Part shown: piece by piece, positions 1 to 9,558 of the stretch | Numbering within the stretch: position 1 is the stretch's first letter | Layout: each line of letters opens with the position of its first letter | NCBI GenBank assembly: GCA_963675295.2 | Contig: CAXXKJ010000002.1 | Span: forward strand, 1,760,001-1,824,000 | Source of the DNA: a bacterium | GTDB taxonomy: Bacteria; Electryoneota; Electryoneia; Electryoneales; Electryoneaceae | DNA: 64,000 nt | Direction: 5' to 3' | Notes under the pieces: model-generated | What the model was told of the DNA's origin: nothing | Databases searched by the model: none | The model's input: the letters and a program-made list of their open reading frames with translations, nothing else | Made by a program: the position numbers and the translations under genes

Positions 1-882
1 AAGCAGGCGAAACGCTTCAAGCAGCACATGCAGCGGGTTTGCGACAGGTTCGGCAGCAACCCGCACCTGGTGACAAAGTCGCGGCAGCTGGACAGGTTGC
101 GTGAAGCCGTGGACGCCTTGCCGGAACCCACTGGCGACGGCTCGAACGTGCGCGATGCGGTCCTCGCGGTCGAACGCGATCACGTTTCGCCGCTGCTGAC
201 CGTGCTTGATGAGGCGGCGGAAGCGGTGGTCTCGGACAATGTCGGGATTGTGTCGGTGGGGACGGCGCTATCGCCCTATCGCAGTGTCGACATGTACATC
301 GTGCTCGCGCGCAACACGCGGATGATCAATCGGATTCTCGCGATTTACCGTACCCGGCCGACGACACGTGAGACGGTGCGGGTGTTCTACGACATCTTCC
401 GCGTGGTCGCGGCGATTAATCTGCTCAACGCGATGGACAATGTCTGGGCCGGATTGGGCCGGCATGTTCCGTTCCTCGGACGGTACGGCGAGGCGATGAG
501 CGAAGGGATGTTCAGCGGGCTGCTGACCAGTGTCGCCGGGCATGCCGCGATCGACCGTTGCCGCAGTTACCGGCCGTGGTCGCAGGAAGAAGCAGTGCGG
601 AAGTATCGTGGAAAGCTGCATCGCTGGTCGCTGGATGTGTTCGGCATCCTCAAGCGGCACAGCTTCGACAAGCTGAAACGTAAGCCGAAGGAACCGTCGC
701 CGGAGGATGTCGACCTGGCGGTGGACGAAGCGTTGTTCGAGCAGGAAATGGAACAGGGCGACGGCGACAAGGCGTGGTGGAATCCGTTCGGGCGGAAACG
801 CGGGACTGGCGAGCCCAGCGAATCCGAAGAACAGGTGGAACCGCCTGATCCAGCTGAATCTACCCGGCCGGCGTCTTCGTAA
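1..882 (+). CDS. YcjF/DUF697 family protein, 5'-truncated by window edge
   Basis: Frame open from base 1; TALSPYRSVDMYIVL...AIY and EGMFSGLLTSVAGHAAIDRCR resemble the YcjF/DUF697 core. Confidence 0.7.
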   Translation, partial: KQAKRFKQHMQRVCDRFGSNPHLVTKSRQLDRLREAVDALPEPTGDGSNVRDAVLAVERDHVSPLLTVLDEAAEAVVSDNVGIVSVGTALSPYRSVDMYIVLARNTRMINRILAIYRTRPTTRETVRVFYDIFRVVAAINLLNAMDNVWAGLGRHVPFLGRYGEAMSEGMFSGLLTSVAGHAAIDRCRSYRPWSQEEAVRKYRGKLHRWSLDVFGILKRHSFDKLKRKPKEPSPEDVDLAVDEALFEQEMEQGDGDKAWWNPFGRKRGTGEPSESEEQVEPPDPAESTRPASS

Positions 883-936
883 AAAAAACTGGGACTGGGA
901 CGAGTGTCCCGGATTTGCCATAGACAGGGAATGTGG

Positions 937-1776
937 ATGCGCGGCTTCATTGACCGTTTCTGGAAGTTCATCACTTCGCTGGAACTGACCATCGTGCTGC
1001 TGGTGCTGCTCGCGCTGGGGCTGGTGTTCGGCACCGTGGTTGAGGCAAAGGAAGGCCTGCAGGCGGCGATTGACAGGGTGTACCAGAGTCCAATCTACGA
1101 CGCGTTGATCGCGTTGTTCGGCCTCAACCTGATCGCGTGCACGCTGAAGCGGTATCCGTACCAGATGCACCAAGCACCGTGGCTGCTGACCCACGTCGGA
1201 ATCACCATCATCCTGATCGGCGCGGTTTATGGCCGTAACGGGGAAGAGGATGGCACCCTGTTCCTGATGGAAGGCGAGCCGACGGCCTCCTACTTCATCA
1301 TGAAGGAAGGGCAGGACCCGATCGAAGTGCCGCTCGATTTCACGTTGACGTTGCAGGAATTTGAACTCGAAACGTACCCCGGCACGCAATCCGCGAGCGA
1401 ATACCGCAGCCACATTGAGCTGGTTGACGAAGCCCGCAACAAGCAGTTCACGCAGATCGTCAAGGTCAATCATCCGATCAACTACCGTGGCTATGTCATC
1501 GCGCAGCAGTCGTACCAGCTCGGCGGGCCGATGGTCGGCGATGTGTCGGTGCTGTCGATCCTGCGCAATCCGGGGATGACGGTGCTGTTCGTTGGCTTCG
1601 TCGTATTGTCGGTGGGCCTTATCCTGATCGTGTTCCTCAAACCGTGGCTGATGAAGAAGTTCCCGCCGCGTCCGAAGGTGCCCAAACCGAAACAGGTGGT
1701 CCATCATCCGGGGGTAAATGGCAATTCCCCGGAACCGGCGACCGATCCCGAAACTCCGACGAGAATCAACGCGTAG
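937..1776 (+). CDS. resB: Cytochrome c biogenesis protein, ResB/Ccs1-like (system II)
   Basis: N-terminal TM helices, LNLIACTLKR, TM His (LLTHVG), periplasmic VNHPINYRGY..QQSY, C-terminal NPG+TM; lies directly upstream of ccsA; start chosen from AGGGA RBS. Confidence 0.85.
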   Translation: MRGFIDRFWKFITSLELTIVLLVLLALGLVFGTVVEAKEGLQAAIDRVYQSPIYDALIALFGLNLIACTLKRYPYQMHQAPWLLTHVGITIILIGAVYGRNGEEDGTLFLMEGEPTASYFIMKEGQDPIEVPLDFTLTLQEFELETYPGTQSASEYRSHIELVDEARNKQFTQIVKVNHPINYRGYVIAQQSYQLGGPMVGDVSVLSILRNPGMTVLFVGFVVLSVGLILIVFLKPWLMKKFPPRPKVPKPKQVVHHPGVNGNSPEPATDPETPTRINA

Positions 1777-1854
1777 AGCGATTTCTTCGAATCAAACACC
1801 CGGCGGCTGCATCCAAGCAGCGAGTTTGGAAGCCCTAACAAGGTTGGATCCGAG

Positions 1855-3543
1855 ATGATGAAGAAGACGGCTGGCATATTCCTGATCGCACTGATGATAC
1901 TCGGCGCAGGTGATCTGGCAACGGCGGCGTTGCCCGGCACGGCGGACGAGAACATCCGTTCGCTGGCGATTCAGAGCGGTGGACGTGTGCGCACGTTCGA
2001 CGCCTGGGCGCGTGACGTGGTCCATGACATCACAGGCAAGCACACGTGGAAGGGCGAGGATCCGACCGAGACCGTGTTGCGCTGGATGTCGGACACGCAG
2101 GCGGCATATGTCGAAGACGTATTTCCGTTGGTGCACGAACCGTTACGCGCGATGATCGGGCTGGACGGTTCCGATCCAACCCTGTTTTCGATGGAAACGC
2201 TGGTCAACAATGACGCGCTGGTGCGAATCGCGGAACAGTCGCAGGAGGCGACCGCGGCAGGTCGTGACATGACGGTCGAACAGGGCAAGGCGGCTGGGGT
2301 GTTCAATCGTGTCAGCGTGCTGCACGGTCTGTTGACACGTGACAAGGTGATGCTGATTCCGCCGCTGGAAGGTGAACAGGTGTGGCGCAGCGTCAATTCG
2401 ATCATGGCAGACAGCACCGCCCCCGGCGCGACGGTCGCGCTGGCGTGGACCGGCCTGATGGAAGCCTACAAGCGCGACAACGCCGAGATGGTGGAACGGT
2501 CGGCGCGGGTGCTGAATGAGGAGTTGAACGCATGGTACGGGGACGACGTCGACACCGCCCATTTGCAGGCTGAATTGCTGTACCGCAAGATCGACCCGTG
2601 GTCGATCGCCAAGTGGTTGTATGTCGCGGCGATCCTGATGGCGATCGCGGCTACGTTTGTCAAGAAGCCGTGGATCGAGATGAGCCCGCGCCTGCTGTTG
2701 CTGCTCGGGTTCCTCGTGCACACCGGCGGGCTGGCGCTGCGTTGGTACATCGCGCAACGTGCGCCGTGGTCGAACATGTATGAGTCGATTACTACGGCGG
2801 CGTGGGGCGCGGTGCTATTTGGTCTGTTCAAGTACCGTGGCGCGGCGGCGAAGATCATTGCACCTTCGGCGGCGTTCGTCGGCTTCAGCAGCCTGTTTAT
2901 CGCCGCTCATCACAGCCTCGATCCGAGTATTAATCCGTTGGTTCCGGCGTTGCAGAGCTACTGGCTTAACATTCATGTGATCGTGATCCTGCTCGGGTAT
3001 GCCTCCGCGACCTTCGCGGCGGTGCTCGGCCATGTCTGGATCGTCAACGATACCTTCCGTCCGAAGGCGGCGAAGAAGCTTCTCGGCGGGGTGTACAACG
3101 CGATCTACCGCATGTTCCAATTCAGCGTGCTGTTCCTGATCGTCGGGATTCTGCTCGGGTCGGTCTGGGCGCACAGCGCGTGGGGCCGGTACTGGGGCTG
3201 GGACCCGAAGGAAACCTGGGCGTTGATCACCTGGATCTACTACCTCGGCCTGATCCACGCGGGGTACGCTGGACGTATTCGTGAACGAGGCATGGCGGTC
3301 GCGTCAGTGATCGGCTTCCTGCTGGTGCTGATGACCTATTACGGCGTCAACTACTTCCTCAGCGGGCTGCATACCTATGCCTCCGGCAACGCCTACGAGA
3401 TCCCGATGTCGGTGATTGTGTATGTCTCGCTCGAGGTTCTGTTCCTCGTGGCGTACGCGGTGCACCGGATCAGGAAAGGCAAGCAGGAACGGGACGCGAA
3501 AGCCGCGCGGGCCTCGAGCAAACCGGCGCTGGAATCGCGCTAA
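1855..3543 (+). CDS. ccsA: Cytochrome c biogenesis protein CcsA/ResC
   Basis: WWD motif WGRYWGWDPKETWALITW, PWSNMYES, LVPALQSYWLNIHV, GLHTYA. Confidence 0.95.
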   Translation: MMKKTAGIFLIALMILGAGDLATAALPGTADENIRSLAIQSGGRVRTFDAWARDVVHDITGKHTWKGEDPTETVLRWMSDTQAAYVEDVFPLVHEPLRAMIGLDGSDPTLFSMETLVNNDALVRIAEQSQEATAAGRDMTVEQGKAAGVFNRVSVLHGLLTRDKVMLIPPLEGEQVWRSVNSIMADSTAPGATVALAWTGLMEAYKRDNAEMVERSARVLNEELNAWYGDDVDTAHLQAELLYRKIDPWSIAKWLYVAAILMAIAATFVKKPWIEMSPRLLLLLGFLVHTGGLALRWYIAQRAPWSNMYESITTAAWGAVLFGLFKYRGAAAKIIAPSAAFVGFSSLFIAAHHSLDPSINPLVPALQSYWLNIHVIVILLGYASATFAAVLGHVWIVNDTFRPKAAKKLLGGVYNAIYRMFQFSVLFLIVGILLGSVWAHSAWGRYWGWDPKETWALITWIYYLGLIHAGYAGRIRERGMAVASVIGFLLVLMTYYGVNYFLSGLHTYASGNAYEIPMSVIVYVSLEVLFLVAYAVHRIRKGKQERDAKAARASSKPALESR

Positions 3544-3791
3544 TTGCAGGCAATAGGCTGCAGGCTGTGGGCCATGTGCTGTAAACTCTTGGTTTTACGC
3601 TGAACTGTGCCAATGAAGTGTGCCCGTGTCAGCTTGCTGACGCGGATATGATGCCCGTGGGCTGAAGTGACCTTGTGTGGCCCGACTTGGTATTGTTGTC
3701 CAAGTCGGGTGTCATGGGTGCTGTCGAGACACAAGGTTTTACTCATATCTCAGATCTCATATCTCACGTCTCGAGCCAGTTATCTTCATAT

Positions 3792-3852
3792 AGCCCAGAA
3801 CCCAGAGCCCAGAGCCCAGAGCCCAGAACCCAGAGCCCAGAGCCCAGAGCCC
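3792..3852. repeat. Heptamer tandem repeat (AGCCCAG/AACCCAG), about 8.5 copies
   Basis: Read directly: tagcccagaacccagagcccagagcccagagcccagaacccagagcccagagcccagagccc. Confidence 0.95.
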
Positions 3853-3867
3853 TAACTTGAGTCCCCC

Positions 3868-4491
3868 ATGAACGATTCAACCTCCTTCTGGCTGAAACGC
3901 GCGTTGTGGCTGGTCGTGTTCACGATGGCCTACAACCTGATCGAGGCCGGGATCGCGTTGTGGTCCGGTGTCGAGGCGGACAGCATCGCGCTGGTCGGAT
4001 TCGGTCTGGACAGCCTGATCGAGCTGGCGGCGGCGACGGTCCTGTTGTGGCGGCTGCGGTTGCAGATCAGCGGTACGCTGAACGAGGAGCAGCTCGAGGC
4101 GACCGAGGGCCGGGTGCACAAGTTTGTCGGCGTGACGTTTTTCCTGCTCGCGGCGTATGTACTGATCCAATCGGTGTGGACGTTGTGGACGAAGGACATT
4201 CCGTCCGAAAGTACCATCGGGATTGTGCTGGCGGTTGCATCGTTGATCATCATGCCGGTGCTGGCGTGGGGCAAGCTGAAGGCGGCTGCGGAGTTGAACA
4301 GCGGCGCATTGCGGTCGGAAGCGAAGGAGACGCTTGCGTGCACGTACCTCTCGTTCACCTTGCTGCTCGGGCTGGTACTGAACGCATGGCTCGGCTGGTG
4401 GTGGGCCGATCCGGTGGCCGCGTTGCTGATGGTCCCGTGGCTGGTGAAGGAAGGGTTCGAGGGCTTCGAGGACGAGGATGATGACGACTGA
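3868..4491 (+). CDS. Cation transporter, short CDF-like (TM domain only)
   Basis: YNLIEAGIALWSG..ADSIALVGFGLDSLIE; ALRSEAKETLAC; WWWADPVAAL. Confidence 0.85.
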   Translation: MNDSTSFWLKRALWLVVFTMAYNLIEAGIALWSGVEADSIALVGFGLDSLIELAAATVLLWRLRLQISGTLNEEQLEATEGRVHKFVGVTFFLLAAYVLIQSVWTLWTKDIPSESTIGIVLAVASLIIMPVLAWGKLKAAAELNSGALRSEAKETLACTYLSFTLLLGLVLNAWLGWWWADPVAALLMVPWLVKEGFEGFEDEDDDD

Positions 4492-4646
4492 CAGGCTGCG
4501 GACTGTGGGCTCCGGTCAGTGGGACAATCCCAAACATTTCTTATCCAAAAGTTAGTCTTTCCTGTTTTTTGTCTGTGGATTGCGTACACTATAAGTAACC
4601 CCCATCCAGACCCGGAAATCGGTAGCCCCCCGGATCGGATTCGACG

Positions 4647-6110
4647 ATGGTTACGCGCCACACATTCCCGTCCCCTGTCACACACGACAAAACGATCCTG
4701 ATCCCGCAACGCATCCTCCTGTTGCTGATCGTTTTCGCTCTGCTGATCACACTCCTGCTGTTGGTGCTGTCGCTGAGCTGGGCTCCCTCCGCGCACGCCT
4801 TCGTGCCGGTGGACTCGATTCCGTCGCCACGGCTGACCATGGACGTCGAGGGGCACCCGCTGAGCATTCCGTACCTCTGCAACCGGCAGTTCGGCGAAGT
4901 GCATCCAGAGGTGAAACGGGCGGTGATCATGCTGCATGCCGGCAACCGTCGCGCGGTCAACCATTTCAACATCATGCTCTCGACCGCGCTGGACTACGGG
5001 CACGCCGGCGACTACACGTTAATCTTCACCCCGCAATTCCTCTACTGGGTCGATTTCGGCGAGTGGGACCTGGAGGATGATGTGCTTTACTGGATGTATT
5101 TCGAGTGGTACATCGGAAATCTCTCGGGCAACATTGACCAGCTCCCGCGTCCCGCGCAGATCAGCAGCTTCGCGATCATCGACACCATCATGCACCGGAT
5201 TGTCGACACCTGTCCGAACCTGGAGGTGTTGATCCTGACCGGCAATTCGGCGGGCGGGAAGATGACCAGCCTGTATTCGGCGGGCGGACGTGCACTTGAC
5301 GACATGCCGTCATTCCAACGGCCCGAACTGTTCTACATGTCGGTGAACAACGGGCATTTCATGTACCTCAACGACGAACGCCCGGTGCCGGGCAACCCCA
5401 ACGAATTCGCCTACCCGGAGCAGCAGTATATCGACCTCTGTCCGACGTGGAATGACTATCCGTTCGGGATGAACGCGTTGAATGTGTACATGGCAGCGCA
5501 GGGCCGGGCACGCCTGTACCGCAATCTGCTGCGGCGGGAAACCCACTACATGATCGGCGAGCTCGAGGACAACCCGGTGGAAACGTTTTGCGAGGCGTTG
5601 TTCCAGGGCGAGCACCGGCTCGAACGGCATCTGATCTACGAAGCGTACCTCGACTACCTGTACGGCGAGCCGGTGGAGAATGTGACGTTGCATGTGATCG
5701 AAGGCGTCGGCCACGCGGCGAACGTGATCTACCACAAACCGCTGCTGCAGGAGTATTTGTTCTCATATCTCGGCGCGGACCCAACGCATCCGCCGGACGG
5801 AACCTATCCGACATCGGTCACGACGGAACAATCCTCTCGAGATCTGCCAGACGTGCAGATCGGCCCGAATCCGGTTCGTGTCGGGGAGATGCTGACGGTG
5901 CGTGTGACGGGGACAGCGGCGACGGACGTGCGGCTGTACGATGTGCTCGGGCGGCTGGTGGCGAGGCGAGTGGTGACCGCGTCCGTATCCATGCTGGGTA
6001 CGCCGGCCTCGGTCACGTTCGAGACCGATCATCTCGCGAGTGGGGTGTACGTGGTGCGTGCAACAGGGCCAGACGCGGAGCAGTGGCGGAAGGTGGTCCT
6101 GCTGCACTAA
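4647..6110 (+). CDS. Secreted alpha/beta-hydrolase-like protein with T9SS type A C-terminal sorting domain
   Basis: Hydrophobic signal ending AHA-F; nucleophile elbow GNSAGG; late His in EGVGH; CTD PNPVR...LYDVLGRLV...LASGVYVVR...KVVLLH; start uncertain. Confidence 0.75.
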   Translation: MVTRHTFPSPVTHDKTILIPQRILLLLIVFALLITLLLLVLSLSWAPSAHAFVPVDSIPSPRLTMDVEGHPLSIPYLCNRQFGEVHPEVKRAVIMLHAGNRRAVNHFNIMLSTALDYGHAGDYTLIFTPQFLYWVDFGEWDLEDDVLYWMYFEWYIGNLSGNIDQLPRPAQISSFAIIDTIMHRIVDTCPNLEVLILTGNSAGGKMTSLYSAGGRALDDMPSFQRPELFYMSVNNGHFMYLNDERPVPGNPNEFAYPEQQYIDLCPTWNDYPFGMNALNVYMAAQGRARLYRNLLRRETHYMIGELEDNPVETFCEALFQGEHRLERHLIYEAYLDYLYGEPVENVTLHVIEGVGHAANVIYHKPLLQEYLFSYLGADPTHPPDGTYPTSVTTEQSSRDLPDVQIGPNPVRVGEMLTVRVTGTAATDVRLYDVLGRLVARRVVTASVSMLGTPASVTFETDHLASGVYVVRATGPDAEQWRKVVLLH

Positions 6111-6192
6111 GAAGCTGTCCAACGGCGCACAAAAATGGTCTTGAACAGACAGCTGCTGAGGTGGCGTCGCGGCTTCGATCAAGATACTCTTT

Positions 6193-6212
6193 CCACGGAC
6201 TTAAGTCCGTGG
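6193..6212. repeat. REP-like palindrome, family A (CCACGGACTTAAGTCCGTGG)
   Basis: Perfect 20-bp palindrome; same core at 18654, 20304 and (one change) 40335. Confidence 0.9.
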
Positions 6213-6299
6213 TAATGCTTAGGTTTTTCGCAGTCCGCGTCCGCAAGCGGACACGGGCACATCTTCACCCGCAGTCACAACCACAGCCACAACCACAAC

Positions 6300-8042
6300 C
6301 TATTTCGGCTTGATATTCTCGACTTTCATCCACCACCAGCCGACCATGCCGAGTCCCATGAAGACAGCGGCGAACCATCCGACCATCGGCAGCCAGTTGT
6401 GGAAGATGGCATGCCCGATGCCGAACATCAGCCCGAAGGTGAGCATCATCCCGCCGAGCCAGCCGACGAGGTCATGTTTCAGGAACGGCCGGTGCTTGTG
6501 GCCGTGGTTGTAGAGCGCTTCCGGGGTGAATTGCCAGCGGATTTTCCGCCACGCGCCCGGCGGTTGGATCTTGAGGTAGAAGCGGCGCAACGTGCTGCCG
6601 CTCGAGGCGGGTGTCCACGCCATCACCGGCAGCCAGACCAACGCCGAGCCGAACGCAATGACCATGATCCGTAGTTGGAAGGCCATTTCGACACCGCTGA
6701 GGTAGATCCAGGTGCTGATGACGGTTGATGCGATCATCGCGGCGATCTCCGCCCATGCATTCACCCGCCACCAGAACCAGCGGAGGATCAGCACCGGTCC
6801 GGTTCCGGCACCGAAGGCGATGATGAACTTGAACGCTTCGGTCACCGAGTCGATCATCTGCGCGATCAGGGCGGTGATCACCAGCAGCAGCAGCATCGAA
6901 ACCTTGGCCGCCCAGAGGTAGTGTTTCTCCGACTTGTTCGGTGCGATCCAGCGGCGGTAGAGGTCGTGCGTGAGGTACGACGATCCCCAGTTGAGCTGCG
7001 TGTCGATGGTGGACATGAACGCCGCCAGCAGCCCGGCGACGAGGAAGCCGGTCCATGGTGACGGCAGCAGCTCGACGATCATCTTCGGGTAGGCCATTTC
7101 GTCGTCGGCGAGGTTCGGGTACAGCACGAGGCTCGCCAGCGCGGCCAGCACCCACGGCCATGTGCGCAGTGCATAGTGGGCAACGTTAAACCACAAAGTC
7201 GCGGCGAACGCGTGCCCCTCGGATTTCGCCGCAGACATGCGCTGGATGACCTTCCCCCCGCCGTCCGAGTTGATGTTTGCCCACCATTGGATCGAGGCGT
7301 AGACGACAAACCCGCCGAACGCGCTGGTCCAGAACTTGAGGCTGCCAGGTCCGGCGAACTGCGGCACGTCGGGCAGGAACTGGATCTTTTCGTAAGGGAC
7401 AACCGCGAGGATCGACTCCATCCCGCCAGCGGCGTTAACCGCGACAATCGCGAGCACAATCGCGCCGACCAATGCGATGACGAACTGGGCGACGTCGGTG
7501 ACCACCACGCCCCAGAAGCCGGCCATGAAGCTGTAGGTGACGGCCAGTCCGGCGGCGCCGAGCACACCGGCCCATTTTGGCCCACCCCAGACCGCGGCGA
7601 TGATCTTCGCCATTGCGAGCACGACCCAGCTCATGGCAATGGTATTGATCAGCAGCGCCATCCAGCCGGCTTTGAAGGTGCGCAGGATCGCGCCGCCCTT
7701 GCCGCCGTAACGGATCTCGGCCAGTTCGAGGTCGGTGACGACTTCCGCTCGCCGCCACAGACGCGACAGCAGGAATGCGCTGAACAGGCCGCCAATTCCG
7801 AACGACCACCACTGCCAGTTGAGCGCGATGCCTTCCGAACGGACGAGTTTTGTGACGTACAACGGCGTATCACAGGAGAAGCTGGTGGCGACCATGCTGG
7901 TGCCGGCAATCCACCACGGGAGGCCGCGGCTGGAGAGGAAGTAGGAATTGGTGTCGGTGTGCGCTCGCCTGGTGAATCGTGCGCCGATGTAGAACACGAT
8001 CAGCAGGTATCCGATTACCACCGCGAGGTCGGCTACAGTCAT
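6300..8042 (-). CDS. Sodium:solute symporter family protein
   Basis: YFLSSRGLPWWIAGTSMVATSFSCDTPL; GFWGVVVTDVAQF; LLAAFMSTIDTQLNWGSSY; ATG overlaps the EIIA stop (ATGA). Confidence 0.9.
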   Translation of the reverse strand: MTVADLAVVIGYLLIVFYIGARFTRRAHTDTNSYFLSSRGLPWWIAGTSMVATSFSCDTPLYVTKLVRSEGIALNWQWWSFGIGGLFSAFLLSRLWRRAEVVTDLELAEIRYGGKGGAILRTFKAGWMALLINTIAMSWVVLAMAKIIAAVWGGPKWAGVLGAAGLAVTYSFMAGFWGVVVTDVAQFVIALVGAIVLAIVAVNAAGGMESILAVVPYEKIQFLPDVPQFAGPGSLKFWTSAFGGFVVYASIQWWANINSDGGGKVIQRMSAAKSEGHAFAATLWFNVAHYALRTWPWVLAALASLVLYPNLADDEMAYPKMIVELLPSPWTGFLVAGLLAAFMSTIDTQLNWGSSYLTHDLYRRWIAPNKSEKHYLWAAKVSMLLLLVITALIAQMIDSVTEAFKFIIAFGAGTGPVLILRWFWWRVNAWAEIAAMIASTVISTWIYLSGVEMAFQLRIMVIAFGSALVWLPVMAWTPASSGSTLRRFYLKIQPPGAWRKIRWQFTPEALYNHGHKHRPFLKHDLVGWLGGMMLTFGLMFGIGHAIFHNWLPMVGWFAAVFMGLGMVGWWWMKVENIKPK

Positions 8043-8506
8043 AGATCCTGGAAGCTGTGTTCGGCTCGTTGGATGGCTGCGGTAATGGTGTCGTGGCTGG
8101 TGGCGTCGAGCAGATCCTTGCGCAGCGACGGTTGCTGGCACAGCCGGGAGATACGGCTGAGCAGTTTCAGGTGCAACGGGACATCGCCATCCGGCGACAG
8201 CAGCAGGAAAATCAAGCGTACCGGCTCGCCGTCAATCGAATCGAACGCGATGCCCTGCTTGGTGCGTCCCAGAGCGACAACGGGTTTGTTCAGCCCGATC
8301 AGCGTGGTGTGCGGAACCGCGACACCCTGCCCGACACCGGTGGAGAGCGCACGTTCGCGTTCCATCACACGGTCGAGGACATCTTTTTCCGTGAGGCCGT
8401 GCGCGAGCGCCACGCGTTTGACGAGGGACTTGATGGCGGTGTCCTTCGTCCGGTTGCGCAGGTTCAGTTCGACAGCGTCCGGAACAATCAGATCACTGAA
8501 TCGCAT
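8039..8506 (-). CDS. PTS EIIA (EIIA_2, PtsN-like) domain protein
   Basis: MERERALSTGVGQGVAVPH (phospho-His), FDSIDGEPVRLIFLLL, HLKLLSRISRL. Confidence 0.9.
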   Translation of the reverse strand: MRFSDLIVPDAVELNLRNRTKDTAIKSLVKRVALAHGLTEKDVLDRVMERERALSTGVGQGVAVPHTTLIGLNKPVVALGRTKQGIAFDSIDGEPVRLIFLLLSPDGDVPLHLKLLSRISRLCQQPSLRKDLLDATSHDTITAAIQRAEHSFQDL

Positions 8507-8865
8507 GGGTTGCCACGTATCAGGTTCGTTTAATCGCCTCAAGGTACATCATCGCCGGAGCGCGAACAACCACGCAAGTTGAATTCAGCGCCTCGTGATG
8601 TCCGCAAAGGCAGTAAGGACAGGCTGTTGCCGTGCGAGCAATTCTCAGGGAGAAGGTTGGAAAAGCTATTGACTTTGGTCCGGACTAACACGAAATTAGC
8701 AGTCTGTTATCAATGAGAAGTTTGCCGGGAATTGGTTGCGGGATTTGGCCGTTTCGCGCGGGTGCGGCGGTCCCAGTTCGAGTATGCAACAGTGAATGTT
8801 CCCTCCTCAACGCCTCGCAGCGTCCCGGCATACGCACCGGTAAGAGGAAAAGCGAGGTAAAACGG

Positions 8866-9438
8866 ATGAAGCGAGTCGCGGTATTCATCGACGGCAGCAA
8901 TTTCTACAACGGTCTGCGCGACAACGTGGGCCGGATGGACGTCGATTTCCACCAGTTCGGCAAGACGCTGGCGGAAAAGACGGGCGGAGAATTGCTGCGC
9001 ATTTATTACTACAATGCGAAGGTGGATCCGGAGTTTGATCCGGATAACTATGAAAAGCAACAGCGCTTCATAACCCACCTTGCGCACACCCAGTACCTGA
9101 CCCTCCGTCTTGGCAAGCTGGTGTATTACCAGGTGCGCGGCGAGGATGCCACCCGCAAGCATTATGCGGTGGAAAAAGGACTGGATGTGAAGCTGGCGAT
9201 CGACCTCGTTCGTCTCGCGGTCAACCGTGCCTGCGAAGTCGCGGTGATTGTTTCCGGCGACAAGGACCTGGCCGAAGTGGTCGAGTACGGCAAGGAGATG
9301 GGCCTCGAAGTGGTGAGCGCGTTCTTCCCACGTGGCCTCTCCGAACAGCTGGCGACCAAGGCCGATCGAGTGATCTACTTCAACGAGGAAATGTTGAACG
9401 AGATCTTCATCGGCAACCAGCAGCAGGAAGGCGAGTAA
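8866..9438 (+). CDS. NYN domain (LabA/DUF88) protein
   Basis: VAVFIDGSNFY, EKGLDVKLAIDLV, VIVSGDKDL; GAGG RBS upstream of ATG 8866. Confidence 0.92.
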   Translation: MKRVAVFIDGSNFYNGLRDNVGRMDVDFHQFGKTLAEKTGGELLRIYYYNAKVDPEFDPDNYEKQQRFITHLAHTQYLTLRLGKLVYYQVRGEDATRKHYAVEKGLDVKLAIDLVRLAVNRACEVAVIVSGDKDLAEVVEYGKEMGLEVVSAFFPRGLSEQLATKADRVIYFNEEMLNEIFIGNQQQEGE

Positions 9439-9464
9439 TCGCCACCAGGTTTTCATGTACATTC

Positions 9465-9491
9465 AAGCGCCCCGGCAGAGGGGCGCTTTTT
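9465..9491 (+). terminator. Rho-independent terminator after the NYN gene
   Basis: aagcgcccc-ggcaga-ggggcgctt followed by T run. Confidence 0.8.
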
Positions 9492-9558
9492 CGTTTCAGC
9501 GATCATGTCCCACACATGCATGTCTGGGATGATCGGAAGGTGAACCCGGCAGGACTCG

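Noticed and set aside
3792-3852. Possible CRISPR array
   Set aside because: Contiguous 7-nt units with no spacers, and no cas genes in the window
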